DNA of 64,000 nucleotides, from the NCBI GenBank assembly GCA_963743525.1, contig CAVUQH010000004.1, positions 96,001-160,000 of the forward strand. Direction: 5' to 3'. Numbering within the stretch: position 1 is the first letter of the stretch; the number at the start of each line of letters is the position of its first letter. The notes beneath the pieces were generated by a model. The model did no database searches. It had not been told where the DNA came from and was given only the letters and a program-made list of their open reading frames with translations. This document shows positions 43,558-52,658 of the stretch, piece after piece. The position numbers and the translations under genes are program-made. The stretch comes from an uncultured delta proteobacterium. Lineage in GTDB: Bacteria; Myxococcota_A; Polyangia; Haliangiales; Haliangiaceae.

Positions 43558-44435
43558 TGTGACGCGCCCGCCAGAGCCAGATACTGCGCGGCCAGCGCCT
43601 TGGCCGCGCGCAGATCCGCGCGCCGGAGCGCCTGCTCGTGCTCGAGCTCGAGCAGCTCCAGGGCGGCGAGATGATCGTCGCGGCTGCGGGTCAGCTCGTC
43701 GAGCGCCCGGTCGCCGCGATCGAGGGCGGCCTCCAGCTCGGCGTCGCGTTCGATCAGCTCGCGCTCGAGCTCGTCGCGCGCCTCGGTCGAGCGGTCGCGC
43801 TCGCCCTCGACGAAGGATATGTGCTCATCGGCGATGCGCACGCCGTGCTCGAGCCTGGCGACGTCGGCGCGGAGATCGCGAACCGTGGCTTCGGCGTCGG
43901 CCAGCTCCAGATCGCGCGCGGTCGCGCGCTCGACGGCGCCCCGGGTCCGCGACTCGGCGGCATCGAGTGCGGCGGCCAGCTCGTCGAGCTGACCGCGAAG
44001 GGCGGCCAGATCCGCCTCTGCCGCGGCGAGCTCGCCGTCGCGGGCGACCTCGCGCTCGGCCGCCTGGCGCGCCCGCTCGACGGCGTCGCGCAACCGCTGC
44101 TCGGCCGACTCCAGCTCACCGCGCAACTGATCGGCCTCACGGCCGCGCGCCACCAACTCGTCGCGCATGCGCATGAACTCGCGCTCGCGGGCCAGCGCCG
44201 CCTCGCTGTTGAACTCGCGCGCAGACTCGAGCTCGTCGCGCAGCCGCTGGTTTTCGGCGCGAAGCTCGGCCAGCAGCGCTCGGCTCTCCGAGGCCGCCGT
44301 GCCGTGAAGCTCGGGAAACAGGACGATCACCTCGCCGGTATCGGCATCGTCGCCACTGCCGGCGTCAGCCGAGGCGTCCACCGGCGCGGGGGGCGCGTCG
44401 ACCTGAGTCCCGGGATCTTCGAGCTCGCAGCTCAC
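43551..44435 (-). CDS. Coiled-coil hypothetical protein
   Basis: Glu/Arg/Ala/Leu heptad-rich over ~240 aa; GTG start directly behind a sigma54 motif. Confidence 0.65.
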   Translation of the reverse strand: MSCELEDPGTQVDAPPAPVDASADAGSGDDADTGEVIVLFPELHGTAASESRALLAELRAENQRLRDELESAREFNSEAALAREREFMRMRDELVARGREADQLRGELESAEQRLRDAVERARQAAEREVARDGELAAAEADLAALRGQLDELAAALDAAESRTRGAVERATARDLELADAEATVRDLRADVARLEHGVRIADEHISFVEGERDRSTEARDELERELIERDAELEAALDRGDRALDELTRSRDDHLAALELLELEHEQALRRADLRAAKALAAQYLALAGASHH

Positions 44436-44447
44436 GACCAGGAATGT

Positions 44448-44463
44448 TGCAATCCCGGTGCCC
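44448..44463 (-). promoter_or_regulatory. sigma54 -24/-12 motif upstream of the coiled-coil gene
   Basis: GGGCACCGGGATTGCA; the -12 C is 14 nt from GTG 44435. Confidence 0.65.
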
Positions 44464-44580
44464 GCTGGCCCGCCTTTTGTTCCAGAGGCTTGCGGAGCCG
44501 GCCTTGGAGACTCCGCTGCCCACTCTGATGGCTCCGGCCCTACCCCATCGGCACCGAGTAATTTGCGCTACGCTCCGCCC

Positions 44581-45387
44581 GTGACTCGAACCATCATCGC
44601 TCTCACCGTTGCCCTGGCCGGCTGCACGCCGCCGCCGCCCGCACAGCCGACCGCCGCTGGAGCCGCCGCCGCCGACCCGGAGCCGCGCGCCGAAGATGCG
44701 CTGTACCAGTGCCAGAAGGCCCAGGGCGACATCGAGGTTTCGTTCGCCCCCGGCGTCAGGCTGGCCGACCTGGTTTCCTGGGCGCGAGCGTTCACCTGCA
44801 AGCGGTTCGTCTACCGCAGCTGCCTGGGCGACGAACGACTGAACGTCGTCGCGCCCAAGCGCATGAGTGCACCCGAGGCGTGGGACCTGTTCGTGTCGTC
44901 GGCCGAGAGCGCCGGCCTGACGGTCAAGCTGCGCGGCGACACCATCGCCCTGTCGGGCGACGTTCCCTGCCCGGTGCGCCCGATCGCCGAGCACCGCCCG
45001 GCGAGGGAGAGCCGCCCGTTCGAGCGGCCGCGGATCGACCTGGAAGGTCGCATCAACAAGATCGACGACGCGACCTATCAGATCGACCGCAGTCTGCTCG
45101 ACGAAATCCAGGCCAACCCGATGGCGATCGCGCGGGGAGCGCGCATCGTCCCGGCGATCAAGAACGGCCAGCCGGCCGGCTTCAAGCTGTACGCGATCCG
45201 TCCGTCGTCGTTCTACGCCGCGATCGGCCTGCGCAACGGCGACACCATGACGGCGATCAACGGCATCGACCTGAGCAGCCCCGACAAGGCGCTCGAGGTC
45301 TACCAGAAGGTCAAGACGGCCGACTCGATCGTCGTGTCGATCACTCGCCGCGGCGTGCCGATCACCATCACCTATACGATCCGCTAG
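44581..45387 (+). CDS. Lipoprotein with secretin N0-like domain and GspC-type PDZ domain
   Basis: MTRTIIALTVALAGC; LADLVSWARAFTCKRFVY...LNVVAPKRMSAPEAWDLFVSSAESAGLTV (GspD N0-like); ARIVPAIKNGQPAGFKLYAIRPSSFYAAIGLRNGD...ING (GspC PDZ-like). Confidence 0.72.
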   Translation: MTRTIIALTVALAGCTPPPPAQPTAAGAAAADPEPRAEDALYQCQKAQGDIEVSFAPGVRLADLVSWARAFTCKRFVYRSCLGDERLNVVAPKRMSAPEAWDLFVSSAESAGLTVKLRGDTIALSGDVPCPVRPIAEHRPARESRPFERPRIDLEGRINKIDDATYQIDRSLLDEIQANPMAIARGARIVPAIKNGQPAGFKLYAIRPSSFYAAIGLRNGDTMTAINGIDLSSPDKALEVYQKVKTADSIVVSITRRGVPITITYTIR

Positions 45388-45393
45388 AGAGTC

Positions 45394-46188
45394 ATGTGCG
45401 AGCTGTTTGCCATGTCGAGCCTGACCCCCGTGTCGGTCAGCTTCTCGTTCGAGGAGTTCGTTCGCCACGGCGGTGACACCGGCGTCCACGCCGACGGCTG
45501 GGGTGTCGCCTTCTACGACGGCCTAGACCTGCGCATCGTCCGCGAGCCGACCCCGGCGTGCGACAGCGCGTGCGTAACCCTGCTGCGCGACCACCCGATC
45601 CTGTCGCGCATCGTCATCTCCCACGTGCGCAAAGCCACCCAGGGCGAGCTGGCCCTGCACAACACCCAGCCGTTCCAGCGCGAGCTGGGCGGTCGCGTGC
45701 ACGTCTTCGCGCACAACGGCCACATGCCCGGCATCGGCGACCTGCCCGACGCCGGATCGCGGCGCTTCTGCCCCATCGGCACCACCGACTCGGAGATCGC
45801 GTTCTGTCAACTGCTCGCAGCGATGGCGCCGCTGTGGGATCGCGGCGACGCGCCGCCGCTGGCCGATCGCTTCGAGGTGGTCCGGACCTTCGCCGCCAGC
45901 GTGGCCGGGCTGGGTCCGGCCAACTTCGTCTACAGCGACGGCGAGGCGATCTTCGCCCACGCCCATCGGCGCACCCAGGCCGACAAAGAGATCAAGCCGC
46001 CGGGCATGCACCTGCTGACCGGCGCGGGGGCGCCGCCGGCCGATGCCGGCGTGCGTATCGATGACGGCAGGCGGGTGACTCTGGTCGCCAGCGTGCCGCT
46101 GTCCGACGAGCCGTGGCGGCCCCTCGACGAGGGCACGCTGCTGGCGCTGGTCGACGGCGACGTCGCCCTCGAAGCCACCGCGGCCTGA
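45394..46188 (+). CDS. Class II glutamine amidotransferase (YafJ/EgtC-like)
   Basis: MCELF N-terminal Cys; DGWG, SHVRKAT, NTQPF, FAHNG, GTTDSE, VASVPL. Confidence 0.92.
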   Translation: MCELFAMSSLTPVSVSFSFEEFVRHGGDTGVHADGWGVAFYDGLDLRIVREPTPACDSACVTLLRDHPILSRIVISHVRKATQGELALHNTQPFQRELGGRVHVFAHNGHMPGIGDLPDAGSRRFCPIGTTDSEIAFCQLLAAMAPLWDRGDAPPLADRFEVVRTFAASVAGLGPANFVYSDGEAIFAHAHRRTQADKEIKPPGMHLLTGAGAPPADAGVRIDDGRRVTLVASVPLSDEPWRPLDEGTLLALVDGDVALEATAA

Positions 46189-46335
46189 CCGGGCGTCATC
46201 GGGCTCCGGATTGCCGGACAAGCTGCGAGGAAGACTACTTCCCTGCAACCGATTCAACTCGGGCCGCAACTGGACTGGTGACGGGATAGTGGCGGTTGTG
46301 TGAGACTGGCGTCCCGCTAAAAGTAGGAAGTCTCA

Positions 46336-48529
46336 ATGCCAACTTTCGTTCACTTCGCTCCTCCCCTCCTCTTCTCTCTCGCCTGCGCCTGTGGTGGTGG
46401 CGGCAAATCCAATCCCGACGCGCGCCCCGCTGGCGATGCCAACAGCACGCCGAGCGCCGTCGCCCACTACCAGCCGTTCACCACCGGTCAGGGTGGACCG
46501 TGGGGAGCCATCCCCTACCCGTCGGATCTCTATCTCGACGCGGACGGGCTGCTCACCCTGACCACCGTCCCGGACGGACCGGCCGCGACCGCCGACTACG
46601 AGATGATGCTTCGCGACGGCCTGCACACGATGAACGGCGCCGGCGTCTCGTCGGGGCTTTACGTGCCGATCGACGGCGACGTCGATCCCGACACCCTCGC
46701 CGGCAACGTCCATCTCGTCGACCTCGACAACAGCCTGGCCGAGATCCCCATCGACATGGTCTTCCGCCCGGACATCGGTGAGATCGTCGCCGTGCCCAAG
46801 TTCGGCGTCGCGCTGCTGCAAGAGCACAACTACGCCGGCTACGTGACCGACGGCGTCAAGGCGACCGACGGCACCGCGCTGGCCGCCGATGCGCCGTTCC
46901 TGCGAGTGGCCGATCTGGCGACGACACCCAGCGATCCGGCCGAGGCCGCCGCCCAGGCATCACTCCAGCCGCTGCTGTCGCAGCTCGGGGCCGACGCGGC
47001 CCACGTGGTCAGCGCGACGGTGTTCGAGACCGAGTCGGTGACCCGCGTGGCCGAGAAGATGCGCGACGTGGTCAACGCCAACCCGCCGAGCGTCACCGTC
47101 ACCCAGATCGTCGGCCCCGACGCGACCGCGCTGGAGGCGATCTTCGGCGTGCAAGCCGCCGACGCCGCCCCTGGCGGCATACCCAACGACGGCGGCCGCG
47201 CGCAGCCGCACAGCAAGGTCAAGGTGCTGATCCACGGCATGATCGGCCTGCCCAGCTTCCTCAGCGACACCGAGGGCGTCAACGGCTTTCCCACGTTCGA
47301 CAATAGCGGCACGCCGGAGCTCAAGGGCACGCACCAGGTCAAGTACACGCTGATCCTGCCCGACACCACCAGCTGGGCGAACCTGCCGGTGGTCATCTAC
47401 TACCACGGCATCAATCGCACGCGCGAAGACATGATCACCCAGGCCGACACGGTGACGAAGAAGGGCTGGGCGCTGCTGGCCATAGACGTTCCGTACCATG
47501 GCTCGCGCGCCAACAACGCCATGGACGTTCGCAACATGGTGCTCAACACCGAGACGCCCGACGGCTTCGGCGATGACACCGGCCTGTTCCCCGCGATCGG
47601 ACTGTTCCATCTCGGCGCCTCGGGCGGCATCCCCGGCGGCCACCCGCAGGCGATGCGGGAGAACCTGCGGCAGACCTCGATGGAGCTGATCTCGCTGGTG
47701 TCGTTCGTCGCCGACGGCGACGTGACGCCGTTGAAGACCGCGCTGGCCGGAGTCGGCGGACTCCCCAGTCGATCTGTCGTTCCGCAATCAGGTCGGCGTG
47801 GTCACCGAGTCGCTGGGCGGCTTCTTCGTGCTGCCCTCGGTGGCGCTCGAGCCGCGGATCGCGGTGGCTGCACTCTGTTCGCCGGCCTCGGGCTTTCCGT
47901 TCCCCACGCTGATGCACAGCCCGTTCTTCCACGGCACCTTCGTCACCGCGATCAGCAACCCGTTCAACATCGGCGACCGTCTGGTCCTCGGCGATCCGGT
48001 CAAGGACGCCCGCTGGGAGCCGATCGTCATGCTCTACAACAGCATCCTCGAGCAGGGCGAGGCGCTCGGTTTCGCCCCGTACATCCTCGACGGATCGCTG
48101 CGTGGCGACAACGGCCCCAACCTCACGATGACCATGACCTGGGGCGACGACACGGTGCCCAACGACGCCACCGAGAGTCTGGCGGGCATGATGGGGCTGC
48201 CGCGGCTGCGCACCCCCGCCGCCAACGTCACGCCCGAGTCCCCCGTGCGCTACGTGCCCCTCGACGAGCTGGACGGCCCGATCGCCGGCAACACGGGTGG
48301 CGGCAACGCAAGCGCAGCGCTGACGGTCCTGTACCCGGCGCCCCATGCGGTCAACCGCCTGTTCATCGGCGACCTCTGGTACATGCCCGACTTCCCGCCG
48401 TTCACGCCCTACGATCCGCCGATCAACGTTGACTCGCCGATCGTCGAGGTGCAAGCGCAGTGGAGCACCATGTTCGACGACTACTTCAGCGGCGCCAACG
48501 ACCCGCCGCGGATCATCGACTCCTTCTAG
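46336..48529 (+). CDS. Large lipoprotein: Ig-like N-terminus plus alpha/beta-hydrolase (lipase-like), frameshifted at ~47765
   Basis: Lipobox ACAC; PYPSDLY; PVVIYYHGI, AIDVPYHGSR, ENLRQT. The second frame continues DLSFRNQVGVVTESLGG...DDTVPN...PH. One extra base near CCCC 47763-47766. Confidence 0.75.
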
Positions 48530-48530
48530 C

Positions 48531-49652
48531 TCAGCCCAGGCCGATAACGTCGGCCAGCTGGCCGCGGTGCCAGGCGCCGTCGCCGAAGTCGAGCTCGGCG
48601 ACGCGCGCGCGGCGGGCCAGGAGGTGCAGGTCGTGCTCGGCGGTGAAGCCGATGGCGCCGTGCACCTGGTGGCCCAGCGCGCAGGCACGAGCGACGGCGT
48701 CGCTCACCCACGCCTTGGCCACGGCCACGGTCTCGCCAGCCGCGGCGTCGCCGGCGTCCACGCACCAGACCGCCTCGCGGGTGATCGCGCGCGAGGCCAG
48801 GATGTCGGCCGCCATGTCGGCGCAATGGTGCTGCACCGCCTGGAAGGCGCCGATCGGCTGGCCGAAAGCGGTCCGCTCTTTGGCGTAGTCAACGGTCATC
48901 TCGAGGACGCGCTGGCCGATGCCTACCAGCTCGGCGCAGCGTGCGGCGGCGCCCCACGCCGCCAGCGCCCGGGCGATCGGCTCGCCCTGCCGCGGCCGGC
49001 CGAGGACGGCATCTTCGGCCAGCCGCACCCCGGTGAAGGTGACCTCGTGCGGGCGGTCGTCACCGATGCTCTGCTCGGCGCGCATGGCCACGCCCGCGGT
49101 GCCCGCGGGCACGAGGAAGACCGACAGCGCGTCACCGAGTCGCGCGACCACGAGCAGCAGATCGGCCACGTGGGCGTAGTCGACCAGCGTCGCCGCGCCG
49201 TCGACGAGATAGCCGTCGCGGTCGCGAGCAGCCGTCACCGCGACGGCGGTCGGCTCCCAGTCGCCTCCCGGCGCCGTGCGCGCCACGGCGATGATCCGCT
49301 CGCCGCCGGCGACCGCGGGCAGATGCGCGGCCTGCTGCGCCACCGAGCCGAAACTGGCGATGGCCCGGGCGCCGAGCACGACGGTGGACAGGAACGGGCC
49401 GGGCACGATCGCCCGGCCCTGCTCTTCCACCAGCAGGCACAGATCGATGAAGCCGGCGCCGAGGCCGCCGTGCTGCTCCGGCACGGCCAGGCCCAGCCAG
49501 CCGAGCTCGGCCATCTCGCGCCACAGCGACGGATCGTAGCCGCGCGCGTCGCCGGCCAGCCCGCGCACGTGTCCCGGGCCCGCGCGACGCGCCAGGAGCT
49601 TGCGCGCGGCGGCGCAGATCTCTTCCTGCTCCGGTGTGAGCGTGACGTCCAT
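48531..49652 (-). CDS. Acyl-CoA dehydrogenase, short beta-type subunit (FadE27/28-like)
   Basis: MDVTLTPEQEE, LWREMAELGWLGL, YAKERTAFGQPIGAFQAVQH, QVHGAIGFTAEHDL. Confidence 0.9.
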   Translation of the reverse strand: MDVTLTPEQEEICAAARKLLARRAGPGHVRGLAGDARGYDPSLWREMAELGWLGLAVPEQHGGLGAGFIDLCLLVEEQGRAIVPGPFLSTVVLGARAIASFGSVAQQAAHLPAVAGGERIIAVARTAPGGDWEPTAVAVTAARDRDGYLVDGAATLVDYAHVADLLLVVARLGDALSVFLVPAGTAGVAMRAEQSIGDDRPHEVTFTGVRLAEDAVLGRPRQGEPIARALAAWGAAARCAELVGIGQRVLEMTVDYAKERTAFGQPIGAFQAVQHHCADMAADILASRAITREAVWCVDAGDAAAGETVAVAKAWVSDAVARACALGHQVHGAIGFTAEHDLHLLARRARVAELDFGDGAWHRGQLADVIGLG

Positions 49653-49654
49653 GG

Positions 49655-50596
49655 TCAGCTGCGCGGCGGCGTCTTGTCCGAGCGCACCCACACCCCCGGC
49701 CGGCTCTCGCAGAACAGCTGCACCAGCACGCCACCGGTCAGCTTGGGGTGGATGAAGGTGTCGTTCCACTGACCGCCGTCGGTCTCGCCGGCGTTGGCGC
49801 CGAAGGTGCGAACGTCGTGGTGCTCGCACGCCTTCATCGCCTGGTCCCAGTCGGCGACCTCGAAGGTCACGTGGTGGGCGGCCGCGCCGCGACCCTGCAG
49901 GAACTTGTCGATGAACGACTCGTCGCCGCGCGGCATGATGATCTCCCAGCAGATCGACGAGCCGGGAATGTTGAGCACCAGGTCGGCCATGTCCGGGTGC
50001 TCGTTCTCGGGCGTTCGCCAGACCTGACGGAAGCCGGCCAGCTCCTGGTACCAGGCGGCCAGCTCGTCGCGATTGTGGAAGCCCTGGCAGACGTGGTCGA
50101 TGCCGACGACGCCCAACGTAGGTGCGCCGGTCGACGCGACCGGCAGCTCCAGCGCCTCGGCGCCGGGAAGGTCGCCCCACGAGCCGCGCCCGCCGTGGCC
50201 GAACATGCGGAAGGTGACACCGGGGCCGTGGGCGGGCGGCGTCAGGCTGGCGTCGATCCAGCGGGTGATGTCGCCGGAGAACGCCAGGCCGCGGCGCCCG
50301 AGCTCGGCCACCGCCGCTTCCATGTCGGGCATCTCGACGCCGACGTGGAGCAGCCCGGGACCGCGCGGGCTGTCGAGGAACTCCTGCAGCGGCGAAGCAT
50401 CGCCGAGCGGTGCGACCAGCTCCCAGGCGTGGCCGCTGGTGCCGGGCACCTGCAGGCGAGCGCCCTGGACGCCGGCCTCCGGGTTCTTCCAGGTGCGCAC
50501 CCGGCGGAAGCCGAACAGCCCCTCGAGCATGGTGAGCTGCGCGCCAAGGTCTTTGACCGCGTGACAGATGTGATCGATGCGATAGAAGTCGAGCAT
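49655..50596 (-). CDS. Tandem VOC protein, methylmalonyl-CoA epimerase-like
   Basis: IDHICHAV...FLDSPRGPGLLHVGVE and IDHVCQG...FLQGRGAAAHHVTFEV...FIHPKLTGGVLVQL. Confidence 0.8.
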   Translation of the reverse strand: MLDFYRIDHICHAVKDLGAQLTMLEGLFGFRRVRTWKNPEAGVQGARLQVPGTSGHAWELVAPLGDASPLQEFLDSPRGPGLLHVGVEMPDMEAAVAELGRRGLAFSGDITRWIDASLTPPAHGPGVTFRMFGHGGRGSWGDLPGAEALELPVASTGAPTLGVVGIDHVCQGFHNRDELAAWYQELAGFRQVWRTPENEHPDMADLVLNIPGSSICWEIIMPRGDESFIDKFLQGRGAAAHHVTFEVADWDQAMKACEHHDVRTFGANAGETDGGQWNDTFIHPKLTGGVLVQLFCESRPGVWVRSDKTPPRS

Positions 50597-50628
50597 GATT
50601 CTCTCTCGGGTTGGTGGTGGGCGCGCGC

Positions 50629-51369
50629 TCAGCTGGGATGCGGCTCGATCCAGTCGTAGCCCTTGTCCACCAGCTCCTTGATCAGGCGCAGGTTGTAGCG
50701 ATTCATGGCGCCCAGGCGGGTGGCCAGCTCGGTCAGCTCCTTGTCGTAGTCGTCGGCCGACCAGCAGTGGTTGGCCAACCCGACCTCGGCCGCGCGCCTG
50801 CCGTCGATGCGCACGCCGGTGAGCATCAGCTCCTTGGCCATGGCCCGACCGATACGCGCAGGCAGCCGGCGAAGGCCGCCCCAGCCGGGGCCGTTGCCGC
50901 CGAACTCCGGCTGATCCGGATCGCCGTCCTCGGTCATCTTGGGCCGGTACGGCGGTCGCGCCGACAACGTGATCTCGACCAGGCCGACCTTGGCGTTCTC
51001 AGAGCAGACGATGAAGTCGGCGCCGAGCGCGACCTCGAGCCCGCCGCCCAGGGCGTAGCCGTGGATCGCGGCGACCACCGGGACGCTGGTCCGCTCGATG
51101 GTGTCGATCATGCGCTGGCCCATGCGCCCCTGCTCGATCCGGTCTTTCTTGGTCAGCTCCTCGGACCAGGCCAGGTCCATGCCGGCGCAGAACGCGCGCC
51201 CGGCGCCGCGCAGGACCACGCAGCAGACCTCCTCGTTGGCGTCGAGCTCGGTGAACGTCGTCAACAGCTCGCGCATCATCTGTGGGTTGATGGCGTTGAG
51301 CTTGTCGGGGCGGTTGAGCGTCAACCAGGCGACGCGCTCTTCGATCTTCAGCTCCAGGGTCTCCAGCAT
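50629..51369 (-). CDS. Enoyl-CoA hydratase/isomerase
   Basis: TLNRPDKLNA, AFCAGMDL, AIHGYALGGGLE, ELMLTG; ATG 51369. Confidence 0.92.
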   Translation of the reverse strand: MLETLELKIEERVAWLTLNRPDKLNAINPQMMRELLTTFTELDANEEVCCVVLRGAGRAFCAGMDLAWSEELTKKDRIEQGRMGQRMIDTIERTSVPVVAAIHGYALGGGLEVALGADFIVCSENAKVGLVEITLSARPPYRPKMTEDGDPDQPEFGGNGPGWGGLRRLPARIGRAMAKELMLTGVRIDGRRAAEVGLANHCWSADDYDKELTELATRLGAMNRYNLRLIKELVDKGYDWIEPHPS

Positions 51370-51404
51370 CTCTATCTCTCCAATCTCTCGCCTCGGGGTC
51401 GAAT

Positions 51405-52658
51405 TCAGCGCCGCGGCAGGCCCAGCCCGCGCGTGGCGATCACGTTGCGTTGGATTTCGGAGGTGCCGGCGAGGAAGGTCGCGGCGACCGCATCCCGGCA
51501 CAGGTGGGCAAAGGCGCCGTTCATCGGCGCGTCCGGCCCGCGCCACAGCCGGCTGTTGCCGCCGAACAGGCGGTCACCGGTGCGCGCCAGCCGCTGGTGC
51601 AGCTCGGCGCCGAGCATCTGGTTGACCGACGCCTCGTAGCCCGGCTCGACGCCGGCCGCCTGCTGCGCGGCCATGGTCAGCGCCAGCGAGTAGAGCACGC
51701 GGATGTCGACGTGGCGCCGGGCCAGCTCGTCGCGCAGCGTCTCGCGCCAGTCGTCGCGCACCAACCGCCGGCCCTCGTCCGAGCGCGCGTAGGCGATCAA
51801 GTCGCGCAGCGCCAGCTCGTACTTGATCACCGCGCCGATGCCCGAGCGCTCGAAGGTGAGCGCCGACATCGCCACGTACCAACCGCGGTTCTCGTCGCCG
51901 ATCCGGCAATCGAGCGGCACGCGCACCTCCTCGAAGAAGACCTCGGTGAAGGGCGCGGCGCCGCGCAGGTCGCGGATGGGACGGATGGTAACCCCGGGGC
52001 TGCGGGCGTCGATGAGCAGGAAGGAGATGCCGTGGTGCTTCTTCTTCGACCTCTCCGGCGCATCGGCGTCGGTGCGCACCAGGACGAACAACCAGTCGGC
52101 GTGGTCGCCCAGCGACATCCACACCTTCTGGCCATCGACCACGTAATGATCGCCGTCGCGCACCGCGCGGGTGCGCAGCGACGCCAGATCCGAGCCGGCG
52201 TCGGGCTCGGAGAAGCCCTGTGCCCAGCGCGTCTGGCCGGCGGCGATGCCGGGCAGGAAGCGCTGCTTCTGCGCCTCGGTACCGTGGGCCAGCACGGTCG
52301 GTCCCAGCAGGAATGCGCCGATGCCGTTCACCGTCGGCACCCGGGCGCGCATCATCTCCTCGTGGAGGATGAACGCCTCCAGCGGACCGAGGCCGGCGCC
52401 GCCGTACTCGCCCGGCCAGTGCGGGGCGATCCAACCGTGCTCGGCCAGCGCCGCGGCCCAGGCGCGAGCGCCGGCGGCGCGCGCCGAGTCGTCCGAGTCG
52501 ATGTCGGCAGCCCAGTTGTAGCCGAGCACGTCCTCCGGCTCGAGACTGTTCTCGGCCTGCGGGTCGGGCCGGTAGTCGGCGGGGAAGCGGTCGCGCACGA
52601 ACGCGCGTACGCGCTGGCGAAAGGCGGCCTGCTCGGCCGTGTCGCGGAAGTCGATCAT
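51405..52658 (-). CDS. Acyl-CoA dehydrogenase, alpha-type subunit (FadE26/29-like)
   Basis: WPGEYGG, QGFSEPDAGSDLASL, GQKVW, LTFERSG, AGTSEIQRNVIATRGLGLPR; ATGA overlap with the ligase stop. Confidence 0.92.
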   Translation of the reverse strand: MIDFRDTAEQAAFRQRVRAFVRDRFPADYRPDPQAENSLEPEDVLGYNWAADIDSDDSARAAGARAWAAALAEHGWIAPHWPGEYGGAGLGPLEAFILHEEMMRARVPTVNGIGAFLLGPTVLAHGTEAQKQRFLPGIAAGQTRWAQGFSEPDAGSDLASLRTRAVRDGDHYVVDGQKVWMSLGDHADWLFVLVRTDADAPERSKKKHHGISFLLIDARSPGVTIRPIRDLRGAAPFTEVFFEEVRVPLDCRIGDENRGWYVAMSALTFERSGIGAVIKYELALRDLIAYARSDEGRRLVRDDWRETLRDELARRHVDIRVLYSLALTMAAQQAAGVEPGYEASVNQMLGAELHQRLARTGDRLFGGNSRLWRGPDAPMNGAFAHLCRDAVAATFLAGTSEIQRNVIATRGLGLPRR

